From the human T2T-CHM13v2.0 reference genome, Homo sapiens, in the NCBI RefSeq assembly GCF_009914755.1, contig NC_060935.1: DNA of 64,000 nucleotides. The stretch is one strand, 5' to 3'. The notes beneath the pieces are model-generated. The model made no database searches, was not told where the DNA came from, and worked only from the letters and a program-made list of their open reading frames with translations. Below, one piece after another: positions 1-18,704 of this stretch (the stretch's first letter is position 1; each line of letters begins with the position of its first letter). A program made the position numbers and the translations under genes.

Positions 1-3000
1 TTTTTCCCTCTTGAGGATATGACTGTAATGTTTATAGTTTATTTTAGCCTATTTCAGCTCTTGGTGTTTTCAGTGATGAAGAATCTGTGTGAAACATCTG
101 TATGAACTCCTTGGTGTGATGGCCTTCTCAGATGCTGGTTATAGTAGCAATGTGCTCAGTGTGTGAGCAGGTTTACTGTCTCCTATGGGGCCAGAATGAC
201 AAAGATGTCACAAAGCTTATTTTGTTCCCCAGTGGTGTACATTAATTCATTAATTAATTTATTTATTTTCCCAGTATTTTATTCACTGGGTTGAACAGTT
301 CAGGCTTCAGGCCAGTAGGAGGTGTTCATGGGTAAAAACAGGCTGCAGCTAAAGCAGGTGTGGAATGCAATATCCAGTGATGGGCAGAGGTCCTAACCTT
401 GACAGAGGCAGCTGGAGAAGCTTTCAGTGAAATGCACTAAGGTCTTTTCAGGGTGAAGGGAGGAGCCACTGTAGTTCCCCAACCAGGCCAGCAGGAAAGT
501 GATCCAACTCCCAGTCACACTCCTGACCCAGTGTTCTAGCTATTCAGATGAGACAGGCATCCCTTTTCTTCTGTAGGAATGGTGATGTTACATGTAGAAA
601 AGGACTATGACTCTATCCCTCATGTAAGTCTGCACCTGGAGGGCACTCCTCCTGTGGGGATGCAGTCACCCGAAAGTGTTCCAGGAAGCCTCTCTACATG
701 TGTACCCATGCCAAGCTCTTGTGGGAGAAGCCACAGCTATGTTTGCAGTGATGGGCAAGAGGAAGTGTATTAGTCTGTTTTCAAACTGCTGAGGAAGACA
801 TACCCAAGACTGGGCAATTTATAAAGAAAAGAGGTTTAGTTGATTCACAGTTCCACGTGGCTGGGGAGGCCTCACATTCATGGCGGAACATGAAGGAAGA
901 GCAAAGGGATGTCTTACACAGTGGCCAGCAAAGAGAGAATGAGAGCCAAGTGAAAGGGGTTTCCGCTTATAAAACCATCAGATCTTGTGATACTTAGTCA
1001 CTACCACGAGAACATAATGGGGGAAACTGCTCCCATGATTCAGTTATCTCCCACTGGGTTCCTCCCACAACATGTGGGAATTATGGGAGCTACAATTCAA
1101 GATAAGATTTGGGTGGGGACACAACCAAACCATATCAGGAAGAAAAAGTCTTCTTCCCCAGGTTCCTTCATGAGCACCAGGGCTAGCTGACAGTTGGAGT
1201 AGAGGCACAAACTTTCTCCACTGAGCCCCACACTGCACCTGTTGTGCCTTTGCTGAAATAAACTCCCCACAAATAGACAGTTTTGGGACTCAAGGCCTGC
1301 AGTCTGGATTCTTTGGTCTCACAGGGTGCTCCCTTGATGTGGTATATTCCCACTTCCCCTAGGAGGAGGGATCCCTGAGGGCCAAACTACTGTGAATCCT
1401 GCTGCTGCTCTTCTGATTCTAGCCACCCAGTGGGGCTGCCATTCTCCAGGATGGTGCTGGGGAATGTCTGGAAGGGATCCAGTGATAGGACCTGTTCTCT
1501 AATCTCACAGTAGTGGGTACCAGCAGAAGTTCTGATGGGGGTGGCAGGGGAGTGATGTAGACTCTGTGAGATTTTCTTGGTTGTGAGATTTTCTTGGTTA
1601 TAAATGGCCTTAATGTGTTGCTATTCTCAAATGCCAGCTGTAGTAGTAATATGCTGGTCACGTGAATAGACTCAAGACCTCCTGGTTAGCCAGAGTGATG
1701 CCCACAATGGTGCTAACTGAGGTCATCCAAAAGTTTTCTCCTTCAGGGGAGCTGTGTTTTTGTGCCAACAGATGCTGTAATGGACTGTGTCAGTTGGCCT
1801 CCAGCCAGGAGGCGGTGCTTGCAAAAGAGTGTCAGCTGCAGTGATAGTGATGGGATTTGTGCTCCTCTTATGTTACCCAGGGTAGGTACTCTGGTGTCTC
1901 AGGCAATGGGCAGAGTCATAGGACTTCCCAAAGTCCCTGCCCTTTGTGTTAAGATACTAGGGTAGATGGAGGTGCAAAGCCAGGTGGTGGCTGGATCAAT
2001 CAAGTCCCACACTATGGCCTCCCACATGCCAGCATAAGCAGCAGCTCTAGTGGAGATCAAAGGGCAGTTCTGTGGCTTCTGAGGGAACATTCCAGGGAGG
2101 AGCACAGCTGCCTTTGTTGTGCAGAAGAATCCATATGGTGAGCAGGGGTAGTACATAGCAGTAGGCCTCACCTGGCCCCTACACACTTGTTAAGGCACAT
2201 CTCACACCTGCAGTGTTCCACTTGCAGCAGCTAAGTGGGTTCCAGATAGCCTGTGCTCAGCACTCAAAACTGCCCCAGGCCATAAGCCTTCCCTACCAAG
2301 ACAGTAAAGGTGGCTTTCAGGCCACACCCCTCCCTGTCGGCCTGCAGACCTGGAGTGCCCAGGTCCTGCACCTGTGGCTTATAGTACTTCCCACTTGTCT
2401 CAGTTCTCACCAAAGTGGTTCATCCCTGTTCAAGATTATATTGTGAATCTCCACTGGGAGCTTCTTTCAACCTGTGACTGCTGCCTAAGTTAACTGACTG
2501 ACTTCTGTGAGGTAGGATTTGGAATGGCTTTCCTCTGTCCCCAGTGGAGTCTGGGAGTGCATGCAAAGCATGTGCTGATGCTGCTCCTTCTCATATACTC
2601 TTTACCACTCACTAAATCAGCTCCAGTGCTAGATAGGGTTAAGACCTTCCTCCATGGCCTGGGGCAGGTTCCCCAATGGGAGTATATATCATGGAGGCAG
2701 TCTCTCACCACTCACACTCTGGGGACTCACAGTTTTCTGCCTGGCTTATGGATATACCATGGAGGCAATCTCTCCCCACTCACACTCTGGGGACTCAGTT
2801 TTCCACCTGGCTTAGGGTGTAGGTTGCTGCCCACTGCTTCTTTCAAAGGGTCTATGTTTTTGTTTGTTTGTTTTTTGTTTTTTTCAGTTTTCCTGTTAAA
2901 TTCCTGTGTTGCTTCTTGGAGAAAAGTTCACAGCATGAATCTCTACACAGTATTTTGTCTTTCTAAGTGGGAGAGACATGCTAACAATGCCTCCAATCCA

Positions 3001-3010
3001 CCATTCTGCA
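1..3010 (-). mobile_element. Old LINE-1 5' region (L1PB/L1M-type), interrupted by a THE1 LTR
   Basis: Composition and motifs resemble an old L1 5'UTR. The minus strand starts AGAATGGTGGATTGGAGGC near 3008, like a decayed AAGATGGCGG start. Subfamily uncertain. Confidence 0.5.
766..1137 (-). mobile_element. THE1 (ERVL-MaLR) solo LTR
   Basis: The minus strand starts TGATATGGTTTGG and ends ...TAATACA, 372 bp. Perfect 5-bp TSD GGAAG at 761-765 and 1138-1142. Confidence 0.92.
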
Positions 3011-3589
3011 AAAACAGGAGGTTGTATTAAATTAAGATGTCATTCAAACCATGGGAGTTAGGCAACACAAACAACTAAGGATCAGGAAAAGACGCTTTCA
3101 CAAACAACCTACCTCACGGGCCCTGGTAAGGATTAAATGGGGTAACAAATATAAAATGCCACAGATATAAAATTGTGGCTGTCTTTTAATATGAATTCTA
3201 CCACTTACCCTCCCACATTGCATAACAGCCATGCAATTTGGGATACTGATCACAGCTCAGCTCAACTGATGGATTTGATCATTTTGAGCCAATCATGTTA
3301 ATTCAATCCCCTTCTAATTCAGTAATTAATTTAGGAACCCAGCCTTAAGCCTATCAATGTATAACATTCTCTAATGACAGAAATTTGTTCAGAAATATCC
3401 ATATGAATTAATGTTAATCAATTAGGCCTAGAGGATCTAGTGAAAACTTTTATGACTTTCTTACTTTAGTGTCAATAGATGAACATTAATTAATTTTAAG
3501 TTAGCCATAAGAGAACGTTAGAGTGTACAGGCTTAATATCAAACATACTACTTTCTCTCTTCCTCTTTATATAAAGATATAGGTATATA

Positions 3590-4490
3590 TATGTCTAGTA
3601 AGTATATACAAATATATAACATTATTTTAAATGAAAATTTATATTACCTATTTATATTATTTAAATATAATATAAAATATTTATATTAATAATATAAATA
3701 ATAATAAATTGTTACTATTAATGATATTTATATCAATAGTACATTTAACTATAATATAAATATTTATATTATTATATATTATATATTCTGGTTATCTATT
3801 ATAATTGATATAATATTATTATATTAATATTATATTAATATAATAAGTAATATTGTATTACATTATATTAATATAATATTACTTATATTAATATTATATC
3901 AATATATTACTTATGTTAATATTATATTAATATATTACTTATGTTAATATTATATTAATATATTACTTATGTTAATAGTATACTAATATAATATTAATTA
4001 TATTAATAGTATACTAATATAATATTAATTATATTAATAGTATACTAATATAATATTAATTATATTAATAGTATACTAATATAATATTAATTATATTAAT
4101 AGTATACTAATATAATATTAATTATATTAATAGTATACTAATATAATATTAATTATATTAATAGTATACTAATATAATATTAATTATATTAATAGTATAC
4201 TTAATATAATATTAATTATATTAATAGTATACTTAATATAATATTAATTATATTAATAGTATACTTAATATATTAATTATATTAATATTTAATATAAATA
4301 TTTATATATTATTGATATAATATAAAATAAATATTTATATTATATCAATAATAATATAATATAAATATATAATCATGTATTTATAGTAATAATAATTATT
4401 TATATTTAAATGTAAATTAATTTATATTTATATATTATTCATATATGTAAACTATATATTTATGTATAAATTGTATATATTTTATATATA
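3590..4490. repeat. Extremely AT-rich region with 28-bp and 31/32-bp minisatellites
   Basis: Three copies of TATTACTTATGTTAATATTATATTAATA from 3905 (the last is partial), then ten AGTATACT-containing units from about 3972 to 4285. Confidence 0.95.
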
Positions 4491-4950
4491 TTTGAAGCCC
4501 AAAGCTGCCACAGATATCTCCTTCCCCAAACCAAGAAAATCTCAGAATCACAAATAAAAATTGGATTAAGACAGACCTTAAACAAAACCTGTTTAGAATT
4601 ATGTAACCTTACATATATTCCCACTTTTTCTTTTTCCAGTTTCAGTTTTACTTTCTGTTGCTTTCATCTAAATGCACCCAACTAATATAAGCCCTTTGGA
4701 ATACTGTGTGGTGCAAATACTCAATGAACATTGGCTATTGTTATTAATATTATATAAGCCTCCAAATTATACATCTTCCCATGTCTTCTCCCTATTCCAC
4801 CACTTCCAAATATAAAACGGCAACCACTAACATCTTTATGGGCTGTGGTGGAGGAAATGTTATAAAAGACACAACTTGCTGCTGCAACATGTACTCTTGG
4901 TCCTGAGAGGTTCCTAATAAAATCTTGTCCAATGGAATATTAAGAATTGA

Positions 4951-5352
<402 letters not shown>

Positions 5353-5803
5353 TGATGGACCAATGAAAACAAGTTATTCTGATGTTTTATTTTTACTCTG
5401 AACAATATTATATTCAAGGACATGCACACCAATTACAGCTCTCTGCTTGGTGAAATAATATTTCTTTATATGAACAAGTAGAATTGGACTCCACATCTTC
5501 AGACAAGGCAGTCATAGAGGGTTTTTTCCTCATCCAGAAATCTACTTTTTGGGAAATTTTTTGATCTATTGGCAATCACTCTGAGGGCAAATATTATGGG
5601 TAGTGATTATACTGATCCCAACTCCACTCCACTACCTCACTCAAGTCAGGGATAAGGGTAGGTCTTTTTATATACTTTAGTGGCAACTATAAAGAGCAAG
5701 CTGGAACAATTGTTTTATAGAGATTTCTAGTAGAAACTTTGCAAACATGTTTGCCATGTTTGTGGTATTGCAAACTGTCTTTCTGGAAAAAAGGGTTCCA
5801 TAT

Positions 5804-6155
5804 TGCTATAGTTTGAATATCCTCTCCAAAACTCATGTGAAATTTAATTGCCAATATAATAGTATTGGAAGGGAAGGCTGTTAACAGGTTATTAAGTCAC
5901 ACAGGCTTTGTCCTCATATGATATTGAGTAAATGGTTAGTTAGCCCAGGAGTAGGTTTCAGATAAAAATAAGCATAGATTGATTTCCTCTCTCTCTTGCT
6001 GTCTTTCACCATGTGTTGCCTTCTGCCATGTTTTGAAGCAGCAAGAAGGTCCTCACCTTGGACTCCCCAGCCTCCATGAGCCAAATAAATATCCTTTCTT
6101 TCTAAATTACCAGTCTGTGGTATTCTGTTATAGCAGCAGAAAATGGACTGAAACA
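5804..6155 (+). mobile_element. MST/MLT1A-type MaLR solo LTR
   Basis: Starts TGCTATAGTTTGAAT, has AATAAA, and ends ...TTATAGCAGCAGAAAATGGACTGAAACA. Confidence 0.8.
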
Positions 6156-7861
6156 TAGATCTTAGTGGTATTTACTTGTAAAATCACGATTTCTTCATTT
6201 CATTGGTTTCCCTTACAAAAGGGGAAAATCGTCAAATGAATTGTAATGGATAGAAGACTTTATGCATGTAAAATCTGATGATTAGGTTTTCAGTCTTGCA
6301 TCCTATGATATTATAACTGTTCCCTGATCAAACTATAAACGCCATACTAAATCTTAAAAAATATTAAATTTATGTTTTAATGGGGAAAACACACTAGGTT
6401 TACCTTTCCTACCATTAGAATTATTTTCAGTAGGCCATAATAGACTGTAACTAGATAAAATTTTTTCTGGGTCCTGAGCATTCTACTTAGTGTACAGCAG
6501 AAAGGGTTACAAGTGTATGCCTGAGATACCGATCTCCTTTGCCTTTGGGGCATATGAATGAGGTCTGGGAAGTGAGTGTCATTACTGAGATGGAAAGAGG
6601 TCTGATAATCCATCCTGTGGTCTTCTTTAGATATTCATTACCACCTGGACATCTATACACTAGCTAGAATGGGCATACATTGTAATCCATCATAGACAAA
6701 GGGCCCATGAAGTTAGTGGAAGAATTTCAGATGTCCAAGAAGGACATAACAGAACCTAATGAATTCAGAGGAAGGTAGTGGAGGAGGAATTAAAAGATAG
6801 AGTTTCCTTGCGGGCACAGATCTAAATGTTGCCCACAAATCTGTTTTCACAAATTTGAGATATGTCTTTTTAGTTGCAGTGGGTGTGGCTTTAAGTGGCC
6901 TTAAAGCCAGCAGCAGAAAGACCGTAACATGTAATAATAGATGTAACAATGTATGTATATTCTACAAATTAGAGCTTCATCAACACTTTGAAATTTGTGA
7001 TATGGAAAATGTTGTTTGAATTTAAAATTTATTTGCATAATCATAGTAATGTTTAACATTTTATTGCCTTAAGGATAGAAAAGAGCTTTTATTTAAATAT
7101 AATTTCATTTCTTATAAACTTTGAATGGCTTTATTGACATTCACAAAATAATTTTACCTATTTTATCAACAACATTTCTCCATGAGAGTCAATGGAGATT
7201 CTCAAGCATATAAAGAGAACTTATTTAAAAGTCTTGATCAGGAATTGCAACTGACCATTTCAAACATAAAAGCCAATGTAAAAAAATTACATTCATGAAG
7301 CAAGCTTAATTTCTCTCTTAAAAAATGAGAATTTTAAATGTTAGGAATTTTTATATAAATTGAATGTTTAATCACCTGTATTCATATTATCATACAAAGC
7401 AAGTGCAAAAGAAATTTTTTCACCACGTATGTATATATGCCTTTTAAATGCTCTTTGGTTGACTGCCTATGCTTTGGTCTGAAAAAGTTTGTGAATTACT
7501 GCTCTAACACAGGCATTCTAACACTATTAGCTAAGAAAAGGGGGCAAAAGAAAGGGCATTGTAATTCAAATTAGTGTGTCCTAAATTTGTGTAAATAGGA
7601 CTGGGAGAAAGTAAGTTAGTTAATCTCCATTTGTTTTTCCCTCTTAACTTCATCTGTTTCTTCCATTTTTCCCCCTCCTCTGCGCAGAGGAGTGAACTGA
7701 GCTTTACTGACTGTTTGAGGCCTTGTTCCCTTGCACTCTGGCTTTTTTTTGAATTGACCAAGGGGAGGCATTAGCAAGCAGTCGGAAGGACTGGAGGAGG
7801 GAGGTTAAGGATTTTTATTCCCCTGGTCTCTGCTAAGGTTCCAGGATTCTGGTTCTTTCTT

Positions 7862-7892
<31 letters not shown>

Positions 7893-8030
7893 ATATATAT
7901 ATGTGTATATATATATATCTTTATATATATATCTTTATATATATCTATATCTTTATATATATATCTTTATATATATTTATATATCTTTATATATATTTAT
8001 ATATATATTTATATATGTCTTTATATATAT
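7862..8030. repeat. (TA)n-type microsatellite, probably derived from the adjacent L1 tail
   Basis: TA/TATC/TTTA runs directly next to the L1 3' end. Confidence 0.9.
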
Positions 8031-8191
8031 TTTATTATACTTTAAGTTCTAGGGTACATGTGCACAATGTGCAGGTTTGTTACATACATATACATGTGCC
8101 ATGTTGGTGTGCTGCACCCATTAACTTGTCATTTACATTAGGTACATCTCCTAATGCTATCCCTCCCCCCCACACACCCCACGACAGGCCC
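8030..8191 (-). mobile_element. 5'-truncated L1PA (PA5-7-like) 3' end, ~160 bp
   Basis: TTATTATACTTTAAGTTCTAGGGTACATGTGCAC... is L1 3'UTR terminal sequence. Confidence 0.9.
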
Positions 8192-11100
8192 TTCTAGAAG
8201 TCCTGTAAGATGTCCCCCAGATTGAGGTAACACATATTATTCCTTGCAACTGTAGGGGCCTCCTGATGTTGCTAATTCCTAGCTGCTGTAACACACCTTT
8301 TTGATTCCCTTAACCCTACCCATACTTCTGTAAATATTAGGCTATTAAATTGTCTTCCAAATCCCTGCTGAATGTGCTTTTGATTCCTGCCAGGAGTTTG
8401 ACTGACACAGTTGCCTGAACTATCAGCCATTCTTATAATTAATATGTTAGTGAGTCATAATATTATCAATCAGTGTGTTTTCAAAAAATGATGAGCAGTC
8501 TAATACAGTGATTCCCAAATACCTGTCATTGCCATATACTGTTGCAGATCTATGACAAAGTCATCATTGTTACAGTAATAAATGAAAAATATATGACAGA
8601 ACAATGTGAAGTGTTTTCATAAAAGTAATTAAATTGAAAGGGAAAAGCATTTCTTACAGTGTGGGAAATGGTGGAAATATTTGTAGATGGACTAAGATTG
8701 TGAAGACATTAGAATACCTTGCTAAGGGAGAGAGTGTGTGTTCAATTGAGATTCCAATTTTATTGAGAATTTTGAAGCACAAGAATGATAAGAGTATATC
8801 TGTTATAAAGCAATGTAGAGAATTGATTACCACTAGCTGGAACAACTGAATACAGATAGAGGATCACTGGAAAAATATTGCAGTGGTCCTCATGAGCAAA
8901 ATGATGGCTCTCTACAACAGTGGCAGAGGAAATATTAGGAAGTCTTGACAGGATGATGTTCAGATTTGAAAATTTTGATGAAGAATCAACAAATTTTAAT
9001 GGAGAGAAGAATGAGAAAGACTATTCTACATTTTCTCATTTACGTGATTGGGTGAAGCCTCTTTACCTCTGGAAATGAATTAGTATTAATTTAGACTGAT
9101 GCCAGTAATTAGGAAAAAGAAAACAAAATTCATAGCAGAACATTGACTCAGTAGAAATTCTTATAAACTTGTTTTTTAATCACAGACTACTGTCATTCCT
9201 CACCCTCTTTAAGGGCCCCTGGATAAGAAAATTATAGAATGTAATAGATAATTAGTGGATAATAAGGTATGCACAAACTGTCCAGAAGACATCTGGATTA
9301 TTTTAAATCAGCAATCGATACCAGCTGAAAGCTTATTTTATTTTGTCAGTATCTTGTAATTATGTTAAAAATGACGTATCTGAGAATTTACACGGAATGT
9401 AAAGAACAAGATAGTTCTATCCACTAAAAAAAATGATTTTATGTTCTGGCTAAATTATCAGTATGTTTTATAGGTATATGATAATGTGGAACCTTATCTA
9501 TAAATTATTCTAGACCCATTGCCTGCTCTGTAGTTGGGTTCAAACTCAGGAAGGAAAAGGATGTTAAAACAGCGGCAAGACCAACATCTGCGTAGCATTT
9601 TGTTCTCTTACTCTTGAGTTTGAGAGACTTTCACGACTTCTTATTGCTCAGTGCATAGAGTCTAAGGTCCTATGTATGTTTCTATTTTTATATTTTGGCT
9701 CCATTTTATCTCTTTGGTTTTGCTTTCTAACTTTTTTTTTCTAAATAACTTTATATAATAAAGTTCAAATAAATGAATAATGGGAAAAGTATAAAAAGCC
9801 TCCAGCTTTGGGTTGGCTGGTTTTATTAATTCATGAGCTTTAAAGGCAGATAGACTTGGTTCAAAGTCTACCAGACAACATCTTGAATTCATGAGAGATG
9901 AGTTATTAAAGACATGGATTAAAATATAAAAAAGGAAGAATTTAAGCAAGAAATTATCCTCTTCCTTAAATAATCGTCAGTTCAATGCCCAGAATCTGAG
10001 CATTTAATTTGAAACCTCTTGGATTGCTAATATTCAGAAACTACTTAAGTACTTGAGTTAGTCCCACTGGAAGGGGCTTCTATGACTTTTACCATTTTTA
10101 CATGTTTGCCACTGCTTGGACATCTGTTTTGAAAAAAAAAAAAAAAACGATATAGAAGGGACAACAATGGCAATCATATTAACAGAAATTATTTTGAAAC
10201 TACCTATTAATACACAGATCACCCACATATCTTCTGTAGTATGTGTGTATTTGTGTAGTAATAAATGGAAAGAACTTACTAAGCAGATATTTGAACTAAA
10301 TAAACTAAATTTATTTTTAACAGTTCATTTTTCTTTACAATTGATGATTTTTTTCTAATGTTCAAACCACAAAGAAAAAAAAAATACGGACCGGGTTCTG
10401 TTTTTACCTTTGAATAAGAAGTTGTATTTCATATAGAAGAGTTCTATAATAATGTCTGGATCCCTTTATTTTTATCCAACAGTTATCAGTATATTGCTAT
10501 ATAAATACCTGCCAGGAAGGACATTTTTTTTCCTGCTTCAATAACTGTTTAAGTGTCTGTTGTTCCCATTTTCAAATCTCCAAAACTTTTATGTGAATTC
10601 TTTTAGCATATTTTTTTCATTATTTCTCAACCTCCTTTTTTTCTGGATGGCTGAAGTTTCCAGACATACAACCCAAAATGTCTTAAGAGAATTAATATAA
10701 AAAAGCTAAGAAAATGGAAAGCAAAGAAAAATATGCATGTACATTACCTGCATGTAGATATGTAAACTCATTTTTAATTTCCTTTAAAGGATAATAGATG
10801 AATCTAATTTTTCTTATTACTCTTTCACTAAGTAGCAATTATGATGTAAAAGGTATCAGGAAATTTCTTTTTTTTAAAATTACTTCCAGACGTAATCTGA
10901 GTTCTTAGATTGGGTTAGTCTGTTAATATCATTAATGTCAAGGAGCATTTTCCCCAGAGCTCCCTAGCATTCAAAATAAACTGGCTGAAATAAGCCAAAT
11001 AAGTGATTTTTTTTCATTGCAATATCACAGAGGCATTTTGTTAGAATGTAAAAATTCTTTCCAGTATTGTTTTTATCAGTTAATTACCAAGTATAAAGGG

Positions 11101-11289
11101 AGGCTTTACAGAGAATATTCTATCAGATTTGAGGGAACCACTCTAAGGGAATAGAGAGATATTTGAAGTCAAAACTACTATAGCTTACATTTCTGTTCCC
11201 TTTATTCTTTTGAACAGATTAATGCTATAATTTCTGAATTTGCATATATTATTTAAACAGATACGTTGAGTGAAAGCTCCTACTCGTTG

Positions 11290-11588
11290 ATTTTGTTTGT
11301 TTTTCATTTTTGAGATAGAGTCTTGCTTTGTCACCCAGGCTGCAGTGCAGTGGCATGATCTCTGCAACCCTCCACCTCCCGGGTTCAAATGATTCTCATG
11401 CTTCATCCTGCCAAGTATCTGGGACTATAGGCATGCACCACCACACCTGGATAAATTTTTGTATTTTCAGTAGAGATAGGGTTTTGCCACACTGGCCAGG
11501 CTACTCTTGAACCCCTGGACTCAAAGTGATCTGCCTGCCTAAGCCTCCCAAAGTGCTGGGATTACAGGCATGAGCCACCACTACCGGC
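11290..11588 (-). mobile_element. AluJ-like
   Basis: Diverged full dimer. Confidence 0.9.
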
Positions 11589-11892
11589 CGCCTATTTCTT
11601 GTTATCTTAGAATGAAATGTGTCTTCACCTTCCCTCTTGTTGACATAACTAGAATTTTCTACCTTATTGATGCTGTACATAGAGGAGGAGAAGTACACAA
11701 CGGAGCAATATCATTGTTACCAGGATGATGGTTGTACCTGGATCCATTCAAAGATGTTTTGTATTCCATAGCCAATTCTACATATCATAAAATGCCAAGA
11801 GTTTAGAACAAGTCTAAATTACTGAGAGAATTGTAGGGTAGAAGACGGAAAGCAGTGATACTAATAAAGGCAAGATTAAAAATATGTATATA

Positions 11893-12175
11893 TGGCCGGG
11901 TGGGGTGGCTCACTCCTGTAATCCCAGCACTTTGGGAGGCCGAGATGGGCAGATCACGAGGTAAGGAGATTAAGACCATCCTGGTCAACATGGTGAAACC
12001 CTGTCTCTACTAAAAATACAAAAATTAGCCAGGTGTGGTAGCATGCGCCTGTAGCCCAGCTACTCAGGAGGCTGAGGCACTAGAATCGCTTGAACCCGGG
12101 AGGCAGAGGCTGCAGTGAGCTGAAATCATGCCACTGCACTCCAGCCCGGGTGACAGAGTGACTGTCTTAAAAATA
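11893..12175 (+). mobile_element. AluSc-like, tail converted to TA/CA repeat
   Basis: GGCCGGG start, with TTAAAAATAT(G/A)TATAT on both sides. Confidence 0.92.
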
Positions 12176-12442
12176 TATATATATATACACACACACACAC
12201 ATACATATAAAATATATTTATATCAGGCTAAATTTGTTTCTTTAGTGGGAAATATTGAGAAAATTTTCAGAGAGCTGTTGTTCTAAATAATATTCTTATT
12301 AAAATATTACAAAATTAGGGATCACAGTCAATGATATAATTCTAAATAAATAAAGAATGTCAAATTTTATAGTGAAAATTTTTGTTAGTCAAAATTGTAA
12401 ATTTTGAATTGTGCCATTATACATTTTTTCTAGTTCAGATAA

Positions 12443-12790
<348 letters not shown>

Positions 12791-13804
12791 ATTATTTACT
12801 GAGAAAAAACAATTTGGTTTTCCTGTCTTCTGCTCAACCAGGAGAATATCATGTAATATCTGTAATTCTGTATAATGAGAAATTATTAAGGGAAATGCTA
12901 AGTTCTTCTCTAGCTCTCTGATGTGATAATTTCAATTAGTTTGTTTACAGATTATAGTTAAAAAAAGGAGGTTAATTTAATTTTAGCAAAATGACTTGAT
13001 GTCTTTACAGTGTGCTTTAGGATCAATTTACCTTTTATTGCCTATACTGACTGCCAAATTTTCCCTTTTTATGCTCTACAATTTAGAGTACACCAAATCT
13101 AGCACTTGAGTTCTACCATTCCAAATATTTTCAACTTTAAATCTATCTATGTGTTTTCGAATTTTGTAATCTCATTTGGTATATAATCAAGGAACATAAA
13201 CTGTGATACCCAGATGACAGGGAGTTGTAAGGACTTCTGACAGCATTAAAGGAAATATGCAACTGAAACTTTTAAAACAAAAATCTATTTTGAGAAAGGC
13301 ACGGTATTTTAGAAACAGAGAGCCATATGACATTTGCCTCTGTTAAATTGTATTTTTATGGCATTTCTTTTAAAACTTAATCCAGAAAGCAAAAACCTAC
13401 TTCATACACCATCCACGGTAAATGGCCTAGTTAAGTGGTATTGACACACAGCTTGCTTTGTCATTCTTATAAACTTCTCTCCCTCCCTCCCTCCATCTTC
13501 CTTCCTTCTTTCTTTTCTTCTCATTTGTGCTTGCTTGCTTTCTCTTTCTTTCTTTTTCTTTCTTTCCTTCTTTCTTTCTTTTTTTTTAAATTTATTATTA
13601 TTATACTTTAAGTTTTAGGGTACATGTGCACAATGTGCAGGTTAGTTACATATGTATACATGTGCCATGCTGGTGCACTGCACCCACTAACTCGTCATCT
13701 AGCATTAGGTATATCTCCCAATGCTATCCTTCCCCCCTCCCCCCACCCCACAACAGTCCCCAGAGTGTGATGTTCCCCTTCCTGTGTCCATGTGTTCTCA
13801 TTGT

Positions 13805-17639
<3,835 letters not shown>

Positions 17640-17687
17640 TTATTTTGCTCATTAGTTGATGCAGTTTCTTCCTAGTCTTGTTGGTCT

Positions 17688-18704
17688 TTACATTTTGGCA
17701 TGATTTTGCAGCAGCTGGTATCGGTTGTTCCTTTCCATGTTTAGCACTTCCTTCAGGAGCTCTTTTAGGGCAGGCCTGGTGGTGACAAAATCTCTCAGCA
17801 TTTGCTTATCTGTAAAGTATTTTATTTCTCCTTCACTTATGAAGCTTAGTTTGGCTGGATATGAAATTCTGGGTTGAAAATTCTTTTCTTTAAGAATGTT
17901 GAATATTGGCCCCCACTGTCTTCTGGCTTGTAGAGTTTCTGCTGAGAGATCCGCTGTTAGTCTGATGGGCTTCCCTTTGTGGGTAACCCGAACTTTCTCT
18001 CAGACTGCCCTTAACATTTTTTCCTTCATTTCAAGTTTGGTGAATCTGACAATTATGTGTCTTGGAGTTGCTCTTCTCGAGGAGTATCTTTGTGGTGTTC
18101 TCTGTATTTCCTGAATCTGAACGTTGGCCTGCCTTGCTAGATTGGGGAAATTCTCCTGGATAATATCCTGCAGAGTGTTTTCCAACTTGGTTCCATTCTC
18201 CTCGTCACTTTCAGGTACACCAATCAGACATAGATTTGGTCTTTCCACATAGTCCCATATTTCTTGGAGGCTGTGCTCATTTCTTTTTATTCTTTTTTCT
18301 CTAAACTTCCCTTCTTACTTCATTTCATTCACTTCATCTTACATCGCTGATACCCTTTCTTCCAGTTGATGGCATCAGCTCCTGAGGCTTCTGCATTCTT
18401 CATGTAGTTCTCGAGCCTTGGTTTTCAGCTCCATCAGCTCCTTTAAGCACTTCTCTGTATTGGTTATTCTAGTTATACATTCTTCTAAACTTTTTTCAAA
18501 GTTTTCAACTTCTTTGCCTTTGGTTTGAATTTCCTCCCACAGCTCGGAGTAATTTGATCATCTGAAGCCTTCTTCTCTCAGCTCGTCAAAGTCATTCTCC
18601 ATCCAGCTTTGTTCTGTTGCTGGTGAGGAACTGTGTTCCTTTGGAGGAGGAGAGGTGCTCTGCTTTTTAGAGTTTCCAGTTTTTCTGCTCTGTTTTTTCC
18701 CCAT
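17688..18704 (-). pseudogene. L1 ORF1 (338-codon span) with nonsense mutations
   Basis: ATG at 18704 (MGKKQSRKTGNSK) and the normal TAA at 17688-17690. Premature stops at codons 49 (18558-18560), 122, 130 and 235 (18000-18002, in the REKG motif). Confidence 0.92.

Larger units (their letters stand above)
7700..8409 (+). mobile_element. Old ERVL-type LTR (LTR16-like), interrupted by an L1 3' fragment
   Basis: Ends ATTAAA...TTCCTGCCAGGAGTTTGACTGACACA, typical of old ERVL LTRs. Left boundary uncertain. Confidence 0.45.

Noticed and set aside
2524-3030. 168-aa ORF with a hydrophobic, signal-peptide-like start
   Set aside because: It lies in old repeat-derived sequence, includes the local duplication and a T-rich tract, and has no recognisable domain or splice context.
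3972-4285. Regular 31-bp repeats as a CRISPR-like array
   Set aside because: Head-to-tail units with no unique spacers in primate DNA, so it is a minisatellite.
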